This document shows, piece after piece, positions 1 through 8,295 of a DNA stretch of 64,000 nucleotides. Position numbers and translations under genes: made by a program. Origin of the DNA: an uncultured Alphaproteobacteria bacterium. GTDB taxonomy: Bacteria > Pseudomonadota > Alphaproteobacteria > Geminicoccales > Geminicoccaceae. Within the stretch, counting starts at the first letter, position 1. Every line of letters starts with the position of its first letter. The stretch covers positions 32,915 through 96,914 of the forward strand of contig CAWHFO010000047.1 in NCBI GenBank assembly GCA_963828215.1. The letters are read 5' to 3'. Below the pieces are notes generated by a model. The model searched no databases. It worked only from the letters and a program-made list of their open reading frames with translations, and had not been told where the DNA came from.

Positions 1-1
1 G

Positions 2-2140
2 AAGGCGGATCTCTCGAACTGCGAGCGCGAGCAGATCCACCTCGCCGGCTCGATCCAGCCCCACGGCGCGCTGCTCGTGGTCAGCGAGCCCGATCACGTC
101 GTGGTCCAGGCGAGCGCCAACGCCCCGCGGTTCCTGAACCTCGCGGACGGCGTCCTGGAGCGGCCGCTCGACCGGCTCCCCGGCGACCTGTCGGAGCGGA
201 TCCGGCCGCATCTGGACAACCCGCTGCACGCGATCCCGGTGGCGGTGCGCTGCCGGATCGGCGAGCCGTCCGCGGCGTTCGACGGTCTCCTGCACCGGCC
301 GCCGGGCGGCGGGCTGGTCATCGAGCTCGAGCGCGACGGGCCGCCGATCGATCTGAACCAGCACGTCGAGAACGCCCTCGAGACGATCCTGGGCGCGTCC
401 TCCCTGCGGGCGCTCTCCGACGAGACCACCCGGATCTTCGAGGCGCTGACCGGCTACGACCGGGTGATGGTCTACCGCTTCGACGACGAGGGTCACGGCG
501 AGGTCTTCGCCGAGCGCCGCCGGCCGGACCTCGAGGCCTATCTCGGCAACCGCTATCCCGCCTCCGACATCCCGCAGATCGCCCGCCGGCTCTATGTCCG
601 CAACCGTGTCCGGGTGCTGGTCGACGTCGAGGCGGCACCCGAGGCCCTGACCCCGCGCCTGTCGCCGATCACCGGCCAGGACCTGGACATGTCGTTCTGC
701 TTCCTGCGCACCATGTCGCCGATCCACGTCCAGTACCTCAAGAACATGGGCGTGGCGGCGACGCTGGTCGCGTCGCTGGTCGTGGGCGGCCGTCTCTGGG
801 GCCTGATCGCCTGCCACCACTACGAGCCGCGCTTCGTCCCCTACGAGCTCCGGGCCGTCGCCGAGCTGCTGGCGGAGGTGGTCGCGACCCGGATCGCGGC
901 GCTCGAGAGCTTCACGCAGGGCCAGGCCGAGCTCTCGGTGCGCCGCCTCGAGCGGCGCATGGTCGAGGCGATCTCGCGCGACGGCGACTGGCGGAGCGCG
1001 CTGTTCGACAGCACCCAGGCGCTGCTGCAGCCGCTCGATGCCGGCGGGGCCGCCTTGCTGTACGAGGGCCAGGTCCTGACCGCCGGCGAGGTGCCCGGCA
1101 CGCGCCAGCTCCGCGACCTCGGACATTGGCTCGACCTGCAGCCGGGGAGCCCGGTGATCGCCACCACCGCGCTCGGCATCGACGAGCCCCGGTTCGCGCC
1201 CCTCGGCGCGGTCGCGAGCGGTGTCCTGGCCGCCAAGCTGTCGGGCTCGCCCGGCGACTATCTGGTCTGGTTCCGGCCCGAGCGCATCCGCACGGTCACC
1301 TGGGGCGGCAACCCGTTCAGCCCCGTGCTGGCCGGCGCCGATCCCTCGGACCTGTCGCCGCGGCGCTCGTTCGCGCAATGGCATCAGCTGGTCGAGGGCA
1401 CCTCCGAGCCCTGGACCGCGGCCGACCTCGGCGCCGCGCGCCTGATCGGCGACACGGTCAAGGAGGTGGTCCTCCAGTTCCATTCGGTGCGCACGCTGAT
1501 CGTGCAGGATCAGCTGGCCCAGGTCAGCCGCCAGGTGCGCCAGTCCGACCAGCCGGTGATCGTGCTCGATTCGCGCGGCCGCATCCTGCTGACCAACGAG
1601 GCGCTCGAGCATCTCCTGCCGCCCGTGCACAGCCACCTGCAGAGCGTCGACGACCTGCCGCCGCTGTTCACCGACGCCAAGGAGGTCCGCGCCAGCCTGC
1701 AGGACCTCCTGCGCGCGGGGCGGCTCTGGCGGGGCGAGGCGCGCCTGAACACCACCACCGGCGATGCGCGGCCACTCCAGGTGCGCGCCGATCCGGTGCT
1801 CGCCGCCCCCGATCGGGTCCTGGGCTACGTCCTGCTGTTCACCGATCTGACCGAGCGCAAGGCGGTCGAGGCCGCGCGACGGCGGTTCCAGGAAGGGATC
1901 ATCGGCCCGCACCGGGTCGTGCCGGCGCAGCTCGATTCCAAGGCCGACCTGCTCTACCGGAACCTCCTGTCGTCCGTGATCGGCAACGCCCAGCTGGCGG
2001 CCCTCGAGATCATCGACGGCATGGACGTCGCGGGCGTGCCGGACAAGCTCGAGAGCGTCCGCGCCTCGGTCGACCGCACGGCCGAGCTCCTGGAGCACCT
2101 GGTCTGGCACGCGAGCCGCGTGTCGGACGCCCGCGACTAG
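2..2140 (+). CDS. bphP: Bacteriophytochrome, PAS-GAF-PHY plus extra PAS and short helical (HOS-type, non-kinase) output; 5' end outside window
   Basis: The frame is open from base 2. Translation starts KADLSNCEREQIHLAGSIQPHGALLV (conserved biliverdin Cys and PAS). GAF motifs follow (DIPQIARRLY, MSPIHVQYLKNMGV, WGLIACHH), then the PHY PRRSFAQW motif, then a second PAS (VIVLDSRGRILLTNEALEHLL). The helical tail has no H-box or ATPase motifs. Stop at 2138-2140. Confidence 0.9.
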   Translation, partial: KADLSNCEREQIHLAGSIQPHGALLVVSEPDHVVVQASANAPRFLNLADGVLERPLDRLPGDLSERIRPHLDNPLHAIPVAVRCRIGEPSAAFDGLLHRPPGGGLVIELERDGPPIDLNQHVENALETILGASSLRALSDETTRIFEALTGYDRVMVYRFDDEGHGEVFAERRRPDLEAYLGNRYPASDIPQIARRLYVRNRVRVLVDVEAAPEALTPRLSPITGQDLDMSFCFLRTMSPIHVQYLKNMGVAATLVASLVVGGRLWGLIACHHYEPRFVPYELRAVAELLAEVVATRIAALESFTQGQAELSVRRLERRMVEAISRDGDWRSALFDSTQALLQPLDAGGAALLYEGQVLTAGEVPGTRQLRDLGHWLDLQPGSPVIATTALGIDEPRFAPLGAVASGVLAAKLSGSPGDYLVWFRPERIRTVTWGGNPFSPVLAGADPSDLSPRRSFAQWHQLVEGTSEPWTAADLGAARLIGDTVKEVVLQFHSVRTLIVQDQLAQVSRQVRQSDQPVIVLDSRGRILLTNEALEHLLPPVHSHLQSVDDLPPLFTDAKEVRASLQDLLRAGRLWRGEARLNTTTGDARPLQVRADPVLAAPDRVLGYVLLFTDLTERKAVEAARRRFQEGIIGPHRVVPAQLDSKADLLYRNLLSSVIGNAQLAALEIIDGMDVAGVPDKLESVRASVDRTAELLEHLVWHASRVSDARD

Positions 2141-2568
2141 AGGGCACCGCGCGGGCCGGCCCGCTCCTGGACCGCGAGCGAGACCTCGATGTTGAGCTCG
2201 AAGGCGAGCGCCGCCTCCTCGATCACCGCGCGTCCCGATCCCGAGCGCCGCGCGGTCGAGCGCCTCCCGATAGAAGGCCTTGAACGCCTCGGGATCGGCG
2301 ATCGCCGGAAAGTCGTAGAAGCCCGGGCCGAGCTAAGTGAAGGCGAGGCGCCGGAAAGGAAGTAGGAAGATAGAAGCCGCCCGGGCGCCGACGGGCCGCG
2401 CCGCCGGCGCAGGATCTGGCCGCCGTACAGGTCGCCCAGATAGCGCGCATAGGCGTGCGCGATAGGCGCGTGCCGTCGCCCCGGGCGGCCGCGCCGACCC
2501 GCCGGGCCTGCGCCCCCTGTCATCGTCTCCGTCATGTCCACCTCCCCGCACTCCCTCACTAAGCACAA
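2137..2568 (-). pseudogene. hmuO: Heme oxygenase (HO-1/HmuO/BphO family) remnant, N-terminal half missing and frame broken
   Basis: The minus strand encodes AHAYARYLGDLYGGQIL and the C-terminal IEEAALAFELNIEVSLAVQ. The expected middle piece GFYDFPAIADPEAFKAFYREALDRA lies in another frame behind an in-frame TAG. The ~120 N-terminal residues have no coding space, because the ppsR stub occupies it. Confidence 0.6.
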
Positions 2569-2869
2569 GGCGGTGTCTCATCGAACTGTAGACCGCAGGA
2601 GCCGGCACCTGCCCGCCGAGCCCCGGGCCGCCCGGGAGCTGCCGCGCTCGGTCCAGCAGCTGACCGAGCTGGTCGGCCGCGTGCCGCTCAAGGAGCTGGT
2701 GCGCGAGACCACCGACGCGATCGAGCGGCTGTGCATCGAGGCCGCCCTCGAGCTCAGCGGCGACAAGCGCGCCTCCGCGGCCGACATGCTGGGCCTCAGC
2801 CCACAGAGCCTCTACGTGAAGCTGCGCCGCTATGGCCTGGGCGACCTCGCCTCGGAGGCCGAGGGGTAG
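2534..2869 (+). pseudogene. ppsR: PpsR/CrtJ-type repressor remnant, C-terminal Fis-type HTH only
   Basis: From ~2660 the ORF reads LTELVGRVPLKELVRETTDAIERLCIEAALELSGDKRASAADMLGLSPQSLYVKLRRYGL, the typical PpsR/CrtJ DNA-binding tail. The ~350-400 aa of PAS domains that normally precede it are absent. Confidence 0.65.
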
Positions 2870-3012
2870 CCGTGGCCGCGGCGAGCCGCGATCATCGGGG
2901 CTGAGGCGGGCCTTCACACGGGCGCCGCTCGCGAAGGCAGCGAGCCCCGGAACCTTCGAACCGTCCCGGCGGACGCCCGACGGGGCGCCCGCCTTGCAAA
3001 TCGGTCGTTCTG

Positions 3013-4682
3013 TCAGTTTCCAGTCGGCAGCGGTATGGAAATACCTTCCCTGGCAAGCTCGTCCCGGACGAACTTGAAGCGCTCATACTCCGTGAGCGTG
3101 ATCGGTCCCGAGTACGCCTCGCTCTGGAGCTTGCGCGGCGGATATTGCACGTAAGTCTTCATCAGCTCCTTGATCGCGTCGCTGATCGTGACCAGGACCC
3201 AGGTGTGCTCCGTGTAGTTGTTCATGAAGATGTCGTAGCGCTCCTGCGGGTCCTGCCATAGGTCGAAGACCTGCGGGACAGTGGCAACATAGATTCTGGG
3301 CCCTTCCAGCCGAGATTGGAATCCACCGCCAGCCCGCCGGTCTTTGCGCCGTCATCACCGCGCAGATTGAAGACCGCCTTGTAGTTGTCCACACGCGCAG
3401 CACCCGGGGTCAGCTCGTTCTCCGTGAAGTAGAACCAGGAGCTCCGCGGCGACTTGCCGGTGCCGAACAGCACCGGCGTCATGTCGTAGCTGTCGAAGAT
3501 GATCGGCTGACCTTCGCGATCCTTCTCCGGGAGCTCGGCACCGCCGAGTGCGGCAAAGGTCGCCATGTAGTCGAGCCCGCCGATGATCTCGGCATTCTTC
3601 GTGCCGGCCTTGATCTTCGGGCCCCAGGCGATCGACGGCACGCGGCTTCCGCCCTCGCGGTCCGTGCCTTTCGTGCCGCGGAACGGCGTGTAACCCGCAT
3701 CGGGATAGACGTCCTGCCAGGCGCCGTTGTCGCTGGTCCAGAACACGTAGGTGTTCTTGTCGAGCCCGAGCTCGCGGACCTTGTCCATGATGCGGCCGAT
3801 GCGCGTGTCGTTCTCCACCACCGAATCCGCGAATTTGGTTTTCGACAGCGACTTGTGCTCGAACTCCGGAGACGGCATGTTCGGCTGATGCACCTTCATG
3901 AAGTTGACGCTCATGAAGAACGGTGTCCGATCCTTGGCATTGCGTTCGAGATAGTCGAGCGAGGCCTTCTCGACATATTCGTCGAAGAATGGAATGCCGA
4001 CGACCCCCTGGTCCGGCGTGTTGACGTACTGTCCGTTGATCTTGAAGTCCTCGTGCGGGGTCTCGCCGGCATTGCCGGACAGAGCACCCTTCGTCACGCG
4101 CAAGAACATGGCGCGCAGGTCCGGCGACATGTCCGGGAACCAGGTCGGGTCGGCGTAGGTGTAGGCATTGAGATGATAGAGGCCGCAATACTTCATCTCG
4201 TCGTAGCCCTGCGCGTTCGGCAGCGCGTAGTCGGCCTCGCCGAGATGCCATTTGCCCGTGAAGAACGTCTTGTAGCCGGCGGTCTTCAGCACCGAGGCCA
4301 GCGTCCACTCGGCCGCCGGCAATCCGCCGCCTTGCCCTTGGAAGGCGACCGTGGTCATGCCGCTGCGGTTCGGGATGCGCCCGGTCTGCATGGCGGCACG
4401 GCCGGGCGTGCAGCTCGGCTGGGCATAGAAGGAAGTGAACATCATGCCCTCGGCCGCCAGGCGATCGATGTTGGGGGTCGGCATGCCGCGGGCCTCGCCG
4501 CCCAGATAGGCGCCGGCGTCGCCGTAGCCGAAGTCGTCGGACACGATCAGGATGATGTTCGGCTTGTCGGGGCCAGTGGGCGGTGCGGCTGCCGTGGTCT
4601 GCGCCTGTGCCACCTGCACGGCATTGTCTGCCGCGATCGCCGAGGCGACGAGCGTCGTGCCCCCGAGAAGAATATTCCGGCG
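3013..4682 (-). pseudogene. Arylsulfatase (formylglycine-dependent), 5' end cut by IS1595 repeat, one frame break near 3297
   Basis: Motifs are PNIILIVSDDFGYGD, SCTPGRAAMQTGR (C-x-P-x-R) and GKWHLG. The C-terminal 70 aa (NNYTEHTW...GPITLTEYERF) continue in ORF 3013-3225 after a 1-nt shift. Upstream, a Tat-like leader HRRNILLGGTTLVASAIAA runs into the IS inverted repeat at 4683 with no start codon. Confidence 0.7.
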
Positions 4683-5695
4683 ATGGCTTATCCCGTTAGC
4701 TACGGCTGATCAACATCTGGTAGCTGGCGTGCGGGAGGGCGGTGGCGAGGCCGAGGAGGCGGTGGAAGGCGGCGTGGCGGTCGTGACGTCGGTTGAAGCG
4801 GAAAGTAAACTCGTCGACTCGATAGGCCTGGAGGTGCTGGCGACGCAGGCCGTGATAGGTGCCCAAGGCCCAGCGCTTGAGGTTGCTGAAGACGCGGTGG
4901 GTCCAGGGCAGGACGAGGTGGGCTGCCATGGCGCCCACGGTTCTGGGATCGTGATCGGCCACCGGGGCGCCGCGGATAGCCCTTCCAGGCGTCGTCCGAA
5001 GGATGGCGTCCGGGGCCATGGCCCTGGCGATGAAGGCGTGCAGGCTCCTGGCCGAATAGTCGGCGAGGGCTGCGAGCCGGAGCCGCCTGGGCCTGCGGCG
5101 CTCGACCTCCACCGCCGCGACGACCTTCATCCTGCCCTTGCCCGAGCGGCCGTGGCCACCGCCCGGCGGATCGTCCTTCGTCCGCTGCGGCAGGCTGGTC
5201 TCGTCGACCTCGACCAGCCCCGCCAAAGGCAGGCGCTCGGGATCGACCATGGCGCGGCGCAGCTTGCGGGCCAGGAGCCAGGCCGTCTTGTAGGAGCCGA
5301 TGCCGAGCTGCGCCTGCAGCTGCAGCGCCGAGATCCCGTTCGAGTGGGTCGCCATCAGATAGGCAGCCCAAAACCAGGTGGTCAGCGGCAGGTGCGAGCG
5401 GTGCATCACCGTGCCGGCCGTCACCGAGATCTGGCGGTCGCAGCCGGCGCACTCGAAGGTCGGCAGCCGCCGCTCCAGCCGCCAGCCGCGATCATGGCCG
5501 CAGCCCGGGCAGCAGAAAGCCCTGCGGCCAGCGAACTGCCACGAGATACTCGCCGCACGCCTCATCCGTCGGGAAACGCCGCTGGAACTCGACCAGGCTC
5601 CTCGGAAACACCGCCATCTGCCCCATCCACCCTGTCGCCGCTCACGGCACCACACCATCTCGCTCGAGCGTCGTCAAGGGGATAAGCCATATCAT
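4683..5695 (-). mobile_element. IS1595-family (ISXO2-like) insertion sequence, ~1.0 kb
   Basis: Terminal inverted repeats ATGGCTTATCCC (4683-4694) and GGGATAAGCCAT (5684-5695) bracket the transposase gene. The flanking 8-mers (ttccggcg / atcatata) are not a direct repeat. Confidence 0.7.
4696..5617 (-). CDS. IS1595-family ISXO2-like transposase (frame break near 5515)
   Basis: The N-terminus MAVFPRSLVEFQRRFPTDEACGEYLVAVRWPQGF is in one frame. CPGCGHDRGWRLERRLPTFECAGCDRQISVTAGTVMHRSHLPLTTWF... continues in listed ORF 4696-5658. Zinc-ribbon and DDE-type ISXO2 features are present. Confidence 0.8.
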
Positions 5696-5939
5696 ATATA
5701 TGCGGACCGAGGATCTGCCCAGGCTGACCCCCTCGAGACAGTTCTGCGGCAGCGGTCGAAGTCGCCTATCCGGCCGAGGCCTCGACAACATCGGCTGCAG
5801 CATAGGCGGATCCGCTATCGATCAGACAATTCGCCTCGCGCGCAGTGAGAACCGTCCCGCTTCGCACGGCATGCAGCAAGGCCGTGTGTGATCCCCAGGA
5901 CTAACGTCTCCCACCAACTCGGTGCTGGGTAGACGTTTT

Positions 5940-7061
5940 CTAGTGCAGTGACTCCATCACTCGTTTGGCTCGCCTGACGTTGTCGAGGATGGTGTTGACG
6001 GGCTTGGTCCAGACGAAGGGCTTGGGGTCGGCATTGTGCTGCTGGAGGTAGTCGTCGATGGCGCGGTGCAGCTCGAGGATCGAGCGGAAAGCACCGCGCC
6101 TGAGCCGCTGGCTGGTGAGCCGGGAGAAGAAGCCTTCGACGGCGTTGGCCCAAGAAGCGGAGGTCGGAGTGAAGTGCAGGTGGAAGCGGGGATGGCGCGC
6201 CAGCCAGCGCGTCACCGGCGGCGACTTGTGCGCGCCATAGTTGTCGAGGATCAGGTGCAGATCGAGCTCGGCTGCGATCTCCTGGTCGAGCCGGCGCAGG
6301 AAGCGAATGAACTCCTGGCTCCTGTGCTGGAGCATGCATTGGCCGATGACCCTTCCGTCCAGACTATCGAGCGCCGCGAACAGGGTCGTCGTGCCGTGGC
6401 GCTTATAGTCGTGCGTCATGGTGCCGGCCTTGCCCTTCTTGATCGGCAGGCCGGGCTGGGTGCGGTCCAGGGCCCCGCCGATGTCTCCTGACATCGGCTC
6501 CTGCGGAGATGGAGCCGGCGCTTGCTGCGCCGGCTGGATCTGGCTCTTCTCGTCGACCGAGAGCACGATCGCGTGCTCCGGTGGGTTCAGGTACAGGCCG
6601 ACGACATCGCGCAGCTTCTCGACGAACCGCGGATCGCTCGAGAGCTTGAAGCCGCGCACCAGGTGCGGCTCGAGGCCGTGCGCCGCCCAGATCTTCTGCA
6701 CCGCGCCGTGGCCGATCCCGACCGCCTTGGCGAGCCGCCTCGCACTCCAGTGGGTGGCGCCCGGCGGCAGCTCGTGCAGCGTCATCTCCACCACCCGCTC
6801 GACCGTGCGCTTGGGCAAGGGCGGCTTGCCCGACGGCCGGGTCGCGTCGTGCAAGAGCCCATCGACCCCCTCAGCCGCAAACCGCGCCAGCCAGCGCCGC
6901 ACCGTCGGCTCCGACTTGCCGACCGCCCGGGCAACCCGCGTCGAGCCCAGCCCCTCGCCCGCCAGCAGGACGATCCGCGCCCGATAGACGTGCTTTTGTC
7001 GGCTGTTGCGGTCCGCCACGATCCGCTCCAGCCGTCCCAGGCTCTCCGCCGAAAGCTCCAT
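5940..7061 (-). CDS. IS630-family transposase carrying an in-frame 20-aa insertion
   Basis: An HTH N-terminus is followed by VLSVDEKSQIQ ... ALDRTQPGLPIKKGKAGTMTHDYKRHGTTTLFAAL ... LDNYGAHK ... FTPTSASWANAVEGFF. The stop codon TAG is built from the flanking C plus the duplicated TA. Confidence 0.9.
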   Translation of the reverse strand: MELSAESLGRLERIVADRNSRQKHVYRARIVLLAGEGLGSTRVARAVGKSEPTVRRWLARFAAEGVDGLLHDATRPSGKPPLPKRTVERVVEMTLHELPPGATHWSARRLAKAVGIGHGAVQKIWAAHGLEPHLVRGFKLSSDPRFVEKLRDVVGLYLNPPEHAIVLSVDEKSQIQPAQQAPAPSPQEPMSGDIGGALDRTQPGLPIKKGKAGTMTHDYKRHGTTTLFAALDSLDGRVIGQCMLQHRSQEFIRFLRRLDQEIAAELDLHLILDNYGAHKSPPVTRWLARHPRFHLHFTPTSASWANAVEGFFSRLTSQRLRRGAFRSILELHRAIDDYLQQHNADPKPFVWTKPVNTILDNVRRAKRVMESLH

Positions 7062-7137
7062 CCGCGTGTCTCCCCGACCACGCAGAGACTATCACCAATC
7101 GCTCCCGACGGTAAGCTTTCGTTGGAGTCGAGAGCAC
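5943..7137 (-). mobile_element. IS630-family insertion sequence in a CTAG target with TA duplication
   Basis: Both junctions read C-TA-G (5940-5943 and 7137-7140). Imperfect terminal repeats are GTGCAGTGACTCCA (left) and the reverse complement GTGCTCTCGACTCCA (right). The length of ~1.2 kb is typical for IS630. Confidence 0.75.
6474..6535. repeat. ~60-bp double-hairpin insertion inside the IS630 transposase ORF
   Basis: There are two perfect 9-bp stems: gccgatgtc/gacatcggc (6477-6498, loop tcct) and agccggcgc/gcgccggct (6513-6535, loop ttgct). On the minus strand it encodes PAQQAPAPSPQEPMSGDIGG between SQIQ and ALDRTQ. Confidence 0.5.
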
Positions 7138-8183
7138 TAGCTGCAGCCGTCCGCGCCTCGGGCAGCCCGTGCCAGAAACCGGTCGTAGCTCCGGAGAAAG
7201 GCGTCCGGCTGCTCGAAGAAGGGCAGCGCGCCGGTCTCGTAGGCCTCGACCGTCCAGTTCGCCCGCCCCGCCGTCCAGCCGGCCCCGCTGAAGTCGCCGA
7301 AATCCCCGCGCGTGCCGTAGGCCAGCCACACCGGCATCCTCAGCTCCTGGTAGACTTGGCGAATGTCGGTGCTGAACAGGCGGCCGGAGACGAAGGCATA
7401 GGGCGCGTTCCTGGCACCCGGCTGGTGGGTGGTCAGGTAGTCGTAGCTCGCCAGCCCCTCGTCGATCTCCTTCGAGCCCCAGGTCTTTTTCAGGAAGAAA
7501 CGGATGCTGGGCCTGCTCACGAGCAGGTCGTAGAACCCCTGGCTCCATAGGGGAAAGGTGAAGAAGGCATAGAGCCCGGGCACCTCCCGCGTCTCGCCCG
7601 GGCGGCCCTGACGCCGGACGGACGCCTGGTCGAATCCGGTCGGCGTGACCAGCGCCAGGGTGCGAAAGCGCTCCGGCCGCTCCACGGCCGCCCGCGCCAG
7701 GAACTCCGAGGACAGCGAGAGCGCCAGGGCATCCACCGGCTCGGGCCCGCAGTCGGCGGCGATCACGTCCAGCATGTCCTGGATCGCGTCGACGTAGAGG
7801 CGGGGCTCGTAGCGGCGCGGCGAGCGATCCGAGAAGCCGAAGCCCGGCAGGTCCACCGCGAAGACCCGGCGGCGCGCCCGCTCGTGCTCGAAGATCGGCC
7901 GGACCTCGTAGGCCGAGCCGGCGGCGTTGATGCTGTGGATCAGGAGCAGCGGCGGGCCCGCGCCGTCGACATAGTAGCTGAGCCGGCCGGCGCGCTGGTC
8001 GGTCTCGCGCCGCTCGCCCGACACCGCCGCCGGCAAGGGCGGCGGCTGGCGCACCCCGACCGCGCTGCAGCCGATTCCCGCGGCCGTCGCCAACAGCGAG
8101 ACGCCGGCCACACGGCCCAGCGCGCCGACCCGCTCACGCCTCATCACCCGCTGCTCCACCCGCCCCGCCATCCGATCCCTCAT
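7137..8183 (-). CDS. Alpha/beta-fold hydrolase with N-terminal hydrophobic leader
   Basis: Motifs are GPPLLLIHSINAAGSAYE, FAVDLPGFGFSD, ALALSLSSEF and RTLALVTPTGF. Which Met near 8140-8183 is the start is uncertain. The stop TAG overlaps the IS630 junction. Confidence 0.7.
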   Translation of the reverse strand: MRDRMAGRVEQRVMRRERVGALGRVAGVSLLATAAGIGCSAVGVRQPPPLPAAVSGERRETDQRAGRLSYYVDGAGPPLLLIHSINAAGSAYEVRPIFEHERARRRVFAVDLPGFGFSDRSPRRYEPRLYVDAIQDMLDVIAADCGPEPVDALALSLSSEFLARAAVERPERFRTLALVTPTGFDQASVRRQGRPGETREVPGLYAFFTFPLWSQGFYDLLVSRPSIRFFLKKTWGSKEIDEGLASYDYLTTHQPGARNAPYAFVSGRLFSTDIRQVYQELRMPVWLAYGTRGDFGDFSGAGWTAGRANWTVEAYETGALPFFEQPDAFLRSYDRFLARAARGADGCS

Positions 8184-8248
8184 CGTCGCAACAACATGGC
8201 TCGTCCCGGGGCCTCGTCCAGGCCGCGCCCCGCGGTCGTCGATGCAGC

Positions 8249-8266
8249 TGTCAATCGTTGTTGACG
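8249..8266 (+). promoter_or_regulatory. Candidate PpsR/CrtJ operator (TGT-N12-ACG, near-palindrome TGTCAA-N6-TTGACG) 30 bp upstream of bchG
   Basis: The sequence TGTCAATCGTTGTTGACG differs from the TGT-N12-ACA consensus only at the last base. An overlapping TTGAC-N10-GTCAA palindrome lies at 8261-8280. Confidence 0.35.
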
Positions 8267-8295
8267 ATCATGGTTGTCAAGAATAGCGTCGCGGC

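Noticed and set aside
5696-5939. The 244-bp spacer between the two ISs (ORF 5700-5891) as a gene or as the missing sulfatase 5' end
   Set aside because: No frame joins onto the sulfatase leader, no recognisable motifs are present, and there is no convincing start or RBS. It is left unannotated.
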